Shown here piece by piece: positions 14,217 to 26,466 of a stretch of DNA of 64,000 nucleotides. The notes below the pieces were generated by a model. It was given only the letters and a program-made list of their open reading frames with translations, was not told where the DNA came from and did not search any database. The number at the start of each line of letters is the position of its first letter. Positions within the stretch are counted from its first letter, which is position 1. Origin of the DNA: Epiperipatus broadwayi. Lineage: Eukaryota > Animalia > Onychophora. The stretch covers positions 18,290,001-18,354,000 of the forward strand of contig JAQFVV010000007.1 of assembly GCA_028023455.1 (NCBI GenBank), read 5' to 3'. Position numbers and translations under genes: made by a program.

Positions 14217-17200
14217 ATCAAATTTACTACAAAAATTCTAATCAACATCAAATAATTTTAGAGGGAGCTTCAAAAAAAAATGTTCAAACCCAAATCAAAT
14301 GTTGGTGATGATTATACTAAAACAAATACTATAGCTTTTTTGTTTTTATCACTACATCCATCTTGATTTCTCTATATTTCCATCATCTGCCCGTATAGAA
14401 GATCACACTGTAGAAGTATTTTCAAAAAATCTTCACTTATCAGGTAACTTAGAAATATCTGAATCTCCAGTCTTATATTGTTAGGTTGATATTTTTTGCT
14501 GCTCTAATCTTTCACAAGATAGGATCTAGTTGTTCTACAATACCTTTTAATTTGCTTAATGCAACTTTATATGGGTAATGTGCTTGAACAATTAAGTTGA
14601 TCTTATTAACATTAGAAAGTTTATGACCATTCAAATTAAAAGTTGTTAAATGTTTTCTTTCATTAATGTCTGATAATGTTTTTACTGAAGTATATTTTTT
14701 ATGAGTCATATTTAAGACATTAAGAATATTTTGTAAATTGTTCTTTGATCTGGAATAATATGACCATCAATGCTCTATAAATCTAGAAACTTGAAAATAA
14801 TTAATACAACTAAAGTTTAAAATTTGATGCAAAAATATTATCACCTGTGGCATCTTGTGCTTCTTAAGATTATAATGAATAGTATTTTAATATTAAAGCA
14901 AACACAATCTGCACCCTATGTTAAAAAATGCTAAAATTGTATATCACTGTTTTGAATATTATATAAATGGGCTTGAGTTTAAATTGAAATTCATCTCTGC
15001 TATTTCTAATGCACTTAAATCATGTAATATTTGAGCAATAAGTAACTTGATTATTATAATACTATATTTTAATCAACTAAACAATTCTCAGCTATGTGAT
15101 GGAATATTTGATGGCCTGCTGTTGTTTTTGGCTGTTTTTTTCCAGCTATCTGTAACATTATTTTGTTGGTTATACATCAGTTTAATGGTGGAAACTAAAA
15201 TAAATAATTATTTATTAGATAAAAACATCTGAAGATGTCAGTATTCATCAAAAAAAACTACTACAGATAAATAACAATGCTGCTGATTGGTAGATTCTTT
15301 GCAAAAGCAGTTGCAAAACTATTTGTAAACTCTCTTTCTATTGGTGTTAATAATGTGCAAAAAATTGTATACTTTCTGTAGTTATTTAAATATTTATAAT
15401 ATTTTTGCAAAATATTTATAATTATTTAAAAAGAAATAATATTGTGATTATACTTAGATTTTTATTCCAATATGTTTTATTTTTACAAACCCAAAGTTAA
15501 GAAGTACAGTAAAAATAAACATATGATTGGTGGTATTCTGCTAAATAAGAACTTTTGTGATATTTTAAAAATTATAAATGCAATTTTAAAACAGTATTTT
15601 ATAGCTTTATGATGACTTTGGACTTTAGAAATGAAATATAATTAATCAAGATTTCATTTTTTTTAACAGTATGCAGAAATCAATCAGTAAGAAAGTTATT
15701 TTTATTATATATTTCATTTTTTATTTATTTTTCTATATTTCCAATGTTTAAAATAATATTTTAGAATGTTTTTACTTGCAAAAATAGGTTTAATACTAAA
15801 ATATAAGTATAACTGCCACAAAGTTTGAGCAAAAAACATTGAAATGTGGAAAGATTAAGAAACTACACCATAAAAGTTTTTTTTTTATTACATTGATGGT
15901 TCATTGCACAGAATGTTAAAAGGGATCCAATAGGCATATTAAACCAAAAATTCAATTGAAGTAATTGAGATATTTATTTTTTACTTTATTCAGCTGAAAA
16001 CCAATCCAGAAATCTTTAGCTCATAGACAACTTTCTAACAACAGCACAGAGCAAAATTTATATAATCATATTATGATACATTCTTAAACTTCTTTAATAT
16101 TATGTGAAAGTTTTAATATGTGTTGTGGAGAGTAATAATGTTAGAATGTTTAGCAGCTTTTATATGAAAAAAGTGTGTACTTATGTCTGCATGTGTAGAT
16201 ATGTGCATACAACATTGACATAAAATACATTTGTGTGTGTATCTATCTGGCTATAGATATATATTTATCAATTGTAATTCTGAAAAAGATTGTTAGACAG
16301 TCGAAACTATAAGAAACAACAACAATAATGACAGGTGGCATTGCTAGAATCATATGGATAGGAAAATAAATTAGAATTACTGGGATTAAAAAAAAACTGA
16401 TTTTGTAGAAGATAATAGTTGAAAATAATGATTGATCTTAGCCCAAATCTAGAAAAGTTAAATACTATACATTTGATCTATGTTAAGTTGCACATGAGAT
16501 TTAGTATTTGGACATTTTAGATTGAGACTCTGTCTTGTCTTCATTATAAGTGGCCATTTCTAAAGTGAGTTTGGTCATTTTAACTGTTAAAAAAATGGAA
16601 AAAAAGGGCAAAAGTAGAGAGACTTGTTGTGCATCTAATTAATAGATAGGAATGCTCTTACATGCACACACAATCAAGAATAATCAAATACTTCATTGCT
16701 TAGATCGTGACATTTGAGCATGGAAATGGCAGCAGCTTTGGTCCATTGCAGTCATCCAAAAGTATTAACATAATAAGAATTGTGGCTTAATACTTTACCA
16801 TGCAATGGACTTGTCCAGATTACAATCCTATCTTGATCAGATTCAGCATTCATGGTAACAGACCAAACAATATATGTGAATAGATCAAATATAACCAACA
16901 AGAGAAGAAGGCCAATAAATGAAGATACTCAATGAATCTGATGATTACCATTAAGGAAGGGGACTTGGCTATAAATTGGCAGTCTATTTGCAGATAGAAT
17001 CAGACAGGAACAGATATACACCAGTTGCCCCATATTTGATTGCAAAGCCATAGAGCATATTCACGTATTTAAATCTGACATACTGCCATGTAATGGTTAG
17101 GCATACACCCATACCTGAATATGAGACAAGTTGCCATGGTAAAGCTGGTAGTGGACCTAAAGGGCACCTGATGTCCCTTGCTTGAGTAGTTATATGACAG

Positions 17201-17679
17201 CTAGATGTTGTACCCAGCTAATAGTGTCTGACTTATGATATACAGATGCTTGTGTAAATATATATTGTAAATTAGTTCTTGATAAAATATTTAACTATAT
17301 TGCATGGGTCTGTATTTATTACGATCTCATATAAATGCAACAGTAAGAGAAAGAGAATGAGAGAGAAAGCTAAAAGAAATGTTAGACTAGAGTGCACAAT
17401 TTTTTTAAAAACTATAAATTTTACTATCTTAATAGCAATATCTTGATGATTGTAATTATTTTGAAATAAACCTGCATTGTTTAATGCAGTAGTAGACTCC
17501 AGGACTTAAGGTCCTTGATCATGGACCAGCACTATCATTTCCATGCTTGAACTTTTTATGAAATTCAATTATTTATATAAGACTTGAGCGATGTTTGGTG
17601 AGATACTTTTTTTTGTTAACCAGATATCAATAACTATGGACCAAAGTGGCAAGATATAAAAAGAAAAAAGTTTTAAAAT

Positions 17680-17915
17680 TCACAGAAGCAAAACTTTCCA
17701 TACAGTAGCGCCACTCAGTGCAAGCCAGAGTAATCAATAGATGCATGAAGGTTTGTGTATAAAATTACTATCTAGTGCTCACTCATCCAACATCTCCGGA
17801 CTAGTTTCTAGCTTGTGGCTTTCATCAGTGAGGAGCCTACTGTATGGAGAGTTTTCTCTGTGAAAACAGTTTGTGTAAGTACAAAGAATGGTGATCATGT
17901 GATGTTTAGTGGTAT
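17680..17915. mobile_element. Hammerhead element (family A), head-to-head arms
   Basis: - arm with intact core to 17837, joined directly to a + arm (tactgtatggagag...gtgatgtttagtggt). No TSD seen. Confidence 0.8.
17786..17837 (-). ncRNA. Type I hammerhead ribozyme copy
   Basis: CUGAUGA A AGC CACAA GCU A GAAA C UA GUC at 17828-17799; stem I partly mismatched. Confidence 0.7.
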
Positions 17916-18068
17916 ATATATTAAGTATTAATGACTGTGACAGTATAAGTTTTGCGTCAGTTGCATTTTTAATTATTTTGTATTTATCATATTCTTTCAA
18001 AAATATACACATACCTGAATATATATACAATTTTGTGATTTAAAGACGGTTATTTTTATTATTTTCAG

Positions 18069-18561
18069 ATAAGACTACTTGTGATGATAATTCTGAAAGG
18101 ACAGTTTCTGTGACGTCTGAGCTGGACCTATCTTTACCTGTCAAAAGTGAAGAAAACAGCAAAACTTTAACTAACTCCAATAATTCAAACGAAGACATTC
18201 AGACAGACTGTAAGTCCGAATGTCAAGAACAAAATTGTTTAAAAATTGAAAAAACTAAGGTGAAGGTGGAACGTCAATCTCCGATCTCCACTTCTGAAGA
18301 CAGTGAAGTTTCAGAGACAACCGCGACATTGTTACCGCCTGCAGCTTACTTACAAACCGGCTCCACGCACTTTAATAATCATTTCCACTATCTTCCTTAC
18401 GCTCACAGTCATTTTTTCCCTGTTGGTTTAACTTTTGACAAAAACTCCCCTACTGCTAATTATAGTAAATTTTCTTTGAAGCAATTGGATATGATGTCAA
18501 GGAACTATAGCGAATATATAAGAAATCTCGCTGCTAAATATAGACCCAACGGAGATGGAAC
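18069..18561 (+). CDS. Internal coding exon of a SAM-domain corepressor-like gene (Samuel/Moses- or SAMD11-like)
   Basis: Acceptor attttcag at 18061-18068, donor AC|gtaagt at 18561/18562. Open frame KTTCDD...ELDLSLP...RNYSEYIRNLAAKYRPNGDG. The phase-2 end joins in frame (AC+G) to the exon at 43034. The upstream phase-1 exon was not identified. Confidence 0.85.
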
Positions 18562-21293
18562 GTAAGTTGCGCTCTATTTTGGAATTCAATAATTCTTTTT
18601 CTTTTTTAATAATGAAACTAATTATAAAAATCGACTGTACTCATAAATTTAATTAATCTTTATAAAAATAAACTTAAATTCTTAAAACTTCTTTCGCCTG
18701 TTTACTAACCCCTCTTTCAATATTCACTAATACTGGATTACATTATTTAACAAATGATTTTCTCTTCCTGTACGCGATGAATAAATTATGTACGTAGGTT
18801 AAAATGTCTGCCTTTAAAAGCAGGTGAAGAAACAGAAACCATTTAATTTTATTGCTAAGTGACTAGACTTGATCATCATCGGTGATTATATGCCTTGTCA
18901 CCACTGGTACACTTTAATCTAAAATTTTATTCTTTAAAACTACATTATAAATTTTAGCTAACCTTTGGTACGTTTTTAACATAGTTAATAATATCAACAA
19001 ATTTATTTTATATATTAATATAATAATTTTTAAAAGATTTTAAGCTATTTATTTGTTGTAATAATTAAAAATGGTATATTAGTTCATCCATCTGCTCGTC
19101 ATGCTAAGACTTGGAGTTACATTTTGGATGAACATGGACATTTTCTTAGGTAATTACAAATGTGCACGCCAATCTAAATATCTATCCAATTGTTATTCAG
19201 AAATCTGTGTATATATAAAGCAGTAAATCATCATCATAATAATAAACAGCCATTCAAAAAATGAGTATGGTCATTCCAGTTTCAATTAAACAAAGGGAAA
19301 GAGAGGAAACTAACTCTAAAAATAACTTTTGAATGACTATACTAAACAATCTGTGAAACATAAATATGTCCACACATAGATATATAACATACTGGTGAAT
19401 TTTCCTCTTTACTTGATATTTTACAGGTGTTTTTTAGTTTGCTGCTAAGAAAACTTTTCTTTCTGAAATATTTCCATATTATATCTAATTTTAGTCCGCC
19501 AATATATATCTTCCCAATGGAAATTGCTCTTCTCTAGAATGTCTTTGAGATAAAAGGGTATCATCTTTCATTAAAACCATGATCAAGTTCACCACAAAAC
19601 AGTATTCGGAAGTCTTGTATTGTTTGATTGTTTTAGGCATCCAATTTAATAGTCTCCTTTTGCAATAGTAGACTCTACAGTATCATATCCAGATATGATA
19701 CTGATAAGAATATGCTGATTGGATTTATGATCTTATCATCAATGTATATAAAAGGTAAAATAATTAATACAACACAGCTTACCTTTCAAAGCTTAACATA
19801 GAAGCAAAACGATGTTAGAATATATAAAGCTAATATATTCTTTAAGGTAATATTAGAAAGGAAAATTCATAAATTTTTTTGCCAAAAAGCTTGTAAATAA
19901 TGTCCTTTTTAAAATCATTTCTTTTTCTTATAGTGGACTATTAAAAGTTATTTTACCTTTAATGTATTACCAATTATTATATTTGTTTATTAGTTTAATA
20001 TTTACACTGCACAGTATATAACAAGGACTAGTGGAAAAGTAATTGATTCTCTCTACAAACTGCTCTGCAGTGCCATCTTTGAATCAATACATATGTTATG
20101 TAGTGACATAGTTTTAGCTATTCTTTAAGATTTTAGCATATCTAGATTGCAAGTTATGAAATAAAATGTATAACCCTTGATAAAACGGTGTGCTAGCAGT
20201 AAATTTTATTTGAAACTTAGCAAAATGGCTACTGAAATATGTGAAATGGTTTGATGTGTGTATAGCAGTCGAGCTGTGAGTAGTAAGAATGTTTTCAATT
20301 GGTTTGCAATATTTTATGATAGCCGGGAGAACATTGACAATGTTCTAATAAGATACAAAACAAATTCTCATGTTTCTTGTTATAGCTCATGATCTAGAGA
20401 TATTGGCATCTTAAAATTCTAGGGATGAATAGCCAAACTATGTAACAAATGTGTTGATTAAGAGGTGGTACTGCATATCATTTGAAAGAATAAACAATAG
20501 CTTTTTTTCTGGAATATTTTGTATAAATCAGCATATGTAATAGTTAAAATAATACCAACACAATATTGCTTGCCTTTTAAAATGTACCTTAGAGTCAAGA
20601 TGATTCTAAAATACATAAACTAGACATAATATTTAAAGTAAAATTAGAAAGGACATAAAATTCTCACCAAAAAGCTTGTGAATAGTATCTTTTTTGTCCT
20701 ATCATTCCTTTTTCCTAAAAGCAACTATTAAAGATTGTTTTATCTTTTTACCACTCCGATGTAAAATCAATCTTTGTAGAGCATGAAGTTGAGCATGGCC
20801 ACCTCTTTGACCCACCAAAAGTTCATACTGTACATTGTGAATGAAATGACAAGAAGCACATGTTTAAAGAAGCATGACATATTTTTAACAATGTTCATGC
20901 TATTAATAAAAAGAAATCATGCATTCTCCTAACAAAAAAATGGTTTATTTAAATTGTCACTTTCATGTACACCTTATTTAAATATCACCTCAGACACTTT
21001 TAAGATAAATAAGACCACCTTCAATAGACTATTCATGCTCCGAATATGACTGACTATAAATAGTCAAAATCATGCTTAGCATTGCAAGATATATATAATA
21101 CAGAAAACGTTTTATATTGAATTATACTGTATTACTACACTGGTTTCATTAAATCAATATTCATTTTGCAAAATAGATACTATACTTTTATGGAATTTTC
21201 TCTGTGGAGAGGTACTATAAAAGTTTTTCACCTGCAAAAAACTAGTAAATGTTTGTTTTACTGTTCTACCTATTCTATCTTACATCATCATCA

Positions 21294-24251
21294 TCAACCA
21301 TTATCAATCCACTGCAGGATGAAGATCTCTCCAAGTTTAATCCATCTTCTCCGATCTTTAGCTTCTCTTCTCCACAACACCCCTGCACATTTTCTTATTT
21401 CATCCATCCATCTCACATGTGGTCTCTTTCTGGGTCTTTTACAATCTCTTGGAATCCAGTTTAAAATTTCAATTGTCCATCTATTATCAGCTCTTCTAGC
21501 AATATGTCCAGCCCAACTCCATTTCAATCTTTTAATTTTTTCAATAAAGTCAGTAACACCTGTTTGTTGTCTTACCCATACATTGTGTTTTTGATCTCTT
21601 CTTATTACTCCCAACATACATCTCTCCATACTCCTTTGAGTGGTCTGAAGTCTCTGTATTGCTCTTCTATTAAGTGTCCAAGTCTCAGATCCATAAGTAA
21701 GAACTGGTAAAACACATTTGTTAAAAACCATCCTTTTCAACACACATAGGCATATTTCCTTTTAGTATCAAGTTATTTCTACCAAAAGCACTCCAATCAA
21801 GTTTAATTCTATGATTAATTTCCTCCATTATGTTTCCATCTGTATTAATAATCTGACCAAGGCATTTGTAACTGTTAACTTCTTCTAATTCTTCATAATC
21901 AATCTTTATTTTCATATTTTGAGCAAATCGATTAAACATTACTTTAGTCTTTTTAACATTTATCTTTAGTCCTACTTTTCACTTTTATCTGCTAACTCCT
22001 GCAACATTTCCTGCAGCTCTGAAGCATTATTTGCAAAAACAACTACATCATCTGCGAAATCTAAATGACTTAAATACTCTCCATTTACTTTCACTCCTTT
22101 AGTTTCCCATTTTAATCCACAAAATACTTCTTGCAGCACTGCTGTAAAGAGTTTTAGAGATATGGAGTCACCTTGTCTTACACCTTTCTCAATGTTGATT
22201 TTTCCAGTATTATTATGTAATCTAATTGTTGCTGTTGCATTTTTATAAATATTCTTTAAAATATGACAATATCCTGGATCTATACCTTGATGATCCAATG
22301 CTTTAATCACTGAAGAAATGTGTATAGAATCGAATGCCTTTTCATAATCTACAAATCCAAAACATAATGACAACTCATATTCGTTTGTCCTTTCTATGAC
22401 TTCTCTCAATACCTGGATATGATCTATTGTACTAAAACCACTTTTAAATCCAGCTTGTTCTCTTGGTTGGTGGAAATCCAAAGTTCTCTGTAGACGAGTT
22501 GTAATTATCTTGGTAAAAATTTTATATAAAACTGATAAAAGGCTGATAGGTCTGTAATTTCTAATATCTTCTTTATCACCTTTTTTAAATATTAAAATTA
22601 TTACTGCATTCTTCCAATCTTCCAGTACATCTTTATCATTTAGACATTTGGTATATAACTTTGCTAAAATTGTTTCTATTTCTTCACCTGCTTCTTTTAA
22701 TATATCAATTATAAATCCATCATTTTCTGGAGCCTTTCCTTTCTTCATACACTTAATTGCATGTCCCACTTCTTCATTTAAAATTCTGGGCAATTCGGAA
22801 GATGTAATAGATATAGGAGGTACTTGTTCTTTATTACTATATAATTCTTGATAAAAATCTTCTACCAATTTCATGATGTCATCTCTCTTTTTAGTAATAA
22901 TTCCATCTTTTTTTCTTATTGCAGATATAAATTTCCTACCAATACCAAAATGTTGTTTAACATTTTTGAGACTTTTATTTTCTTCTACAGCTTTCCTTGC
23001 TATTTCACAGTTATACTTTCTTATATCATTTTCAACTCTTTTCCGTACCATTTTACAAAATTCGAGATATTCAATTCTTTTTAATACATCATTTTTGTAT
23101 ATCTTCATATTCCTTCTTTTCTTCATAAATTCTCTAGTCTCAGTAGAAATTTTATTAGTCAATTGCTGCTTTTTTCTACCAGCTATGTTTATTGCAGTTT
23201 TTAAAAGTGTATCAGTTATTTTCATATTAATTTCATTCAAATCTGTATCATGTTCAAAATCTCCTAACACTTGAAACCTATTTGTAAGTTCTAATTTAAA
23301 TTCATTAGAATGTTTCTGAAGATTAGGAATATCAACTGCAAATATTGTTTTTCTTAATAATTTTTGTCTCTCTAGTTTTACATTAACACGTAACTTACAC
23401 CTTACTAATCGATGATCACTTCCCGTGTTAAATTTATTAAGAACATTACAATCTTGAAATATGTATTTCCTCTTTGTCAAAATATAATCCAATTCTGCTG
23501 TACCTTCATTTGGATGCTTCCATGTCCATTTCCTTTTAACATTTTTCTCAAAAAATGAATTCATAATATAAAGTTTTTCTTTTTCTGCAAACTCCACAAG
23601 TCTATGTCCTCTCTCATTTCTATTACCATAACCAAAATTACCTACAGCAATTTCATCTTTCATTTGTCTACCAATTCTAGCATTAAAGTCTCCCATAACA
23701 ATTTTAAAATGTTGTTTACTCTGATCAAAAGCCTTTTGTACATCCATATAAAAATCTTCTACTACTTCATCACTATGAGAACTTGTTGGGGCATAAACCT
23801 GAATTATCTGCATTTGGTATCTGCTATTAAATTGTATAACTAATCTTGCCACTCTGTCCGATACACCATCAATCTGCACAATATTGTTCTTCCACTTTTT
23901 ATTTATAATGAATCCTACTTCACTTGTATTTCCAATATGTGTGCCTTTATAATAGAGTATATGTCCACTTTTTAAATCAATTGTTTTTTTTCCTTTTCTT
24001 CTAACTTCACAAAGTCCAACAATGTCCCATTTAATATAAGACAGTTCTTCTTCTAATTCTTGCAATCTTCCTTCACTTGAAAGTGATCTGCAGTTGTAAG
24101 TACCTAAATAAAAAGTCATCTTCAAATGGCAGCCTGGGTCCACAATCAGGGGATTCTTAGCACCCTCCGCCTTCGGCCACCAACCGCTGCCTTGGTTGAT
24201 GACTTTACAGCCTCCTGGGAATAAGGGCCATGCTTTATTTTTGTCTGTCAT
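21294..24251 (-). pseudogene. RTE ORF (AP endonuclease + reverse transcriptase) broken by two frameshifts near the C-terminus
   Basis: ORF-track pieces 21972-24251, 21721-21939 and 21294-21743 contain GTYNCRSL, MGDFNA, YRPISLL, FVDYEKAFDS, GVRQGDSIS, HLDFADD and YGSETW motifs. Confidence 0.92.
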
Positions 24252-24411
24252 AATTGTATATATGTATTGGAAAAATATTTATCATTTACACAAACATTCA
24301 TTCTGCCTTATCAGGCACTGAGAAGAAAGGCCATGGTGTTTCTTGATCTTAAACTCAGAGGTAAAAAGCCAATAAACTCGCCACGCTGGCTAATGCGTGT
24401 TGGTGAGCAGC

Positions 24412-24577
24412 CCATCCATGTTCGTATACTATATGAATACTCACATAGTAATAACAGCTGCAATGACAAGAACGTATGGAGTGGACATTAGGAATTTGCC
24501 CTACTCTGTTTCTTTAAGGCCTCCAAGAGGAATCAAAGGGTCTCCTTTCAGTTAATAGCAAACTCCTTTCTGCAGCC
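24412..24577 (-). ncRNA. HDV-like (CPEB3-type) self-cleaving ribozyme at the RTE 5' end
   Basis: P1 GGCUGCA (24577-24571) / UGCAGCU (24462-24456); P2 CCACUCCAU / AUGGAUGG; P3 ACG / CAU (CGU in the 36.6 kb copy); L3 UUCUUGU; GU after P1'; P4 UACUAUGUGA-GUAU-UCAUAUAGUA; J4/2 CGAAC with catalytic C at 24424. Confidence 0.85.
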
Positions 24578-26263
24578 CTATCTTACATACATTTCTTTAA
24601 TCCAGTACTCATAATGCAAAACAGATATTCCAGTTTATATTTACTATTTTTTGAGATTTAGCTTTACTTTACCAGTAAATAAATGCAGTGGCCAAGAGAA
24701 TCTGATTTATTGCTTTCAAAATAATGTGGTGGCAGAAAAAGCTTGAGACATAACCAAGACTAAACACTGGTGCTTTATTTATCTAATTATTTCCAATTAT
24801 TTAAGCATTGATTGATTTACTGAACAATGGAATGTTGCAGGGGTAATTAACTGTTAGTGAAGGTAAAGGTTGGTGTAAAGTCACTCGATTATTTTTTTGA
24901 TCTGCACTGTTTAGTGAATTGGTAGGTCAGACTCTGGCATATAAGTCCTGAGATTGAATCCAATGCTGGCACTTTTGATAAACAAACTTTTTACAAATTC
25001 TCAAGCAATATATCCATTCATTTATTTATTTTAGTTTGTCACCATATTTTTTTTTAAAGTAATTTGTTATATTTTGTTAGAGTCCAATTAAAAGACTCTC
25101 TCAAGATAGATTCACTATTTTTCAAAAAGGTTTTTGACCATATTTAGAGTTATTGAACTTTACAAACTTTTACATCACAATTACTTCCTGAGGATTTTTT
25201 TGGGGGGACACCCTATAGTGTACCATGAATAGAGAATGCAATAAAATCTGTTGATTACTGGTGCAGAATAATAGCTTTCTATCATTGTGTTGCATTATCC
25301 TATTGCTACTTGCCCCCCAAAATTTCAGCATTGTACAACCTGCTTTCTGGATCACATGTCATAACATTCACTGAAGTGAAGTTTCTACCTTACAATTCTA
25401 GTATTAGGTTATTGATAGACACTAGATGGCAGTTTAAGCAAATTCCTTTGCTTTAAAGACTAACTTTTTGGTAGAAAATAATTTTGTAGTTTTCCATTTT
25501 ATGTTATTCACAATAAAGGCATAAAGATATTACATACTCTATGTTATTCAGGTCAAATCAACTTAACTGTACATTTATGTATCTGATCAATATTGGTGGA
25601 ATGTTTGCAATGTCATATAGAGGCCACTGATTATTCATTGGCTACATTTAAAAAGTAATAGATTGGAGAGTTTTCACTTAATCTAATATAAATTCCTGGC
25701 AATCTTGATGGGTTATATTTGAAAATTTTAAATTTTTATAATAGGTGTAGTTGAAAATTAAAATAGTGATGGAACCTTATAAAAGACAGTTATGAAATAG
25801 ATTTACTATGCTATTAAAATTGGTGGATATCCTTCTAAATAAAGATATGTTATTAGCATATTGTATATATAGTAAATATATCTATGTATTTGGAAGTAAA
25901 AGCTTTTTCCCAAATGATGTTGACAATAAAAGGATTAGTGCATTTGTTTGTTATGACCATGACCCAAGCATGCTTATTTTCTTTGTAAGTTGCCTTTTGT
26001 CAGTTTATCTAATCTCCCACTTATTGTTAACACAATGTATGCAGTGTTTTGGGTGATGAAATAATGGTATTATAAGTTTATTTCATCATTAGGATGTTAA
26101 AATAAACTGCATTAAATGTTAGTTGGCAAATTGGTCTAACTGCAGTTAAATATCATCGATAAACAGAGCAAAACTCTCCATACAGTATTGCCACCTGTGC
26201 TAAACAGAGTAATCAATGGATGCCAGAAAGCTTGTGAATAAAATCCCTATCTAATGCCTACTC

Positions 26264-26322
26264 ATCCAATATCCCCAGACTAGTTTCTGGATTGTGGCCT
26301 TCGTCAGTGAGGAGCTTTGGAT
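26264..26322 (-). ncRNA. Type I hammerhead ribozyme, mirror copy
   Basis: Reverse strand reads CUGACGA A GGC CACAA UCC A GAAA C UA GUC UGGGGA; position N7 varies (U to C), as the core tolerates. Confidence 0.75.
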
Positions 26323-26407
26323 CTGATAGTTTTGTAGTTAAGTAGAGATAAAAGGTGGTTGCTAGGGGGTTGCATTAGATCCTAAGATCTAGATGCAGTG
26401 CTCTCAG

Positions 26408-26466
26408 ATCCAAAGCCCCTCACTGATGAAGGCCACAAGCCAGAAACTAGTCTGGGGATATTGGAT
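26408..26466 (+). ncRNA. Type I hammerhead ribozyme (best-preserved copy)
   Basis: CUGAUGA (26423-26429), A-GGC-CACAA-GCC-A, GAAA (26443-26446), C-UA-G-UC with predicted cleavage after 26452. Stem I CCUCA/UGGGG plus AUCCAA/UUGGAU across an internal loop. Confidence 0.85.

Larger units (their letters stand above)
21286..24577 (-). mobile_element. Full-length RTE-clade non-LTR retrotransposon (~3.3 kb)
   Basis: APE endonuclease plus RT ORF, (TGA)n tail at 21283-21295, 11 bp TSD ctatcttacat at 21275-21285 and 24578-24588. Confidence 0.95.

Noticed and set aside
16700-17330. Possible LTR-retrotransposon remnant
   Set aside because: Only a purine tract and vague coding-like composition; no motif I can confirm.
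21166-23843. + strand ORFs over the RTE (also 3352-3711, 32357-32844, 36718-37041)
   Set aside because: Antisense shadows of the RTE coding sequence.
24925-24975. tRNA-like segments (also ~31250, ~42740, ~54840)
   Set aside because: Too degenerate for a cloverleaf; probably old tRNA-derived SINE heads, not tRNA genes.
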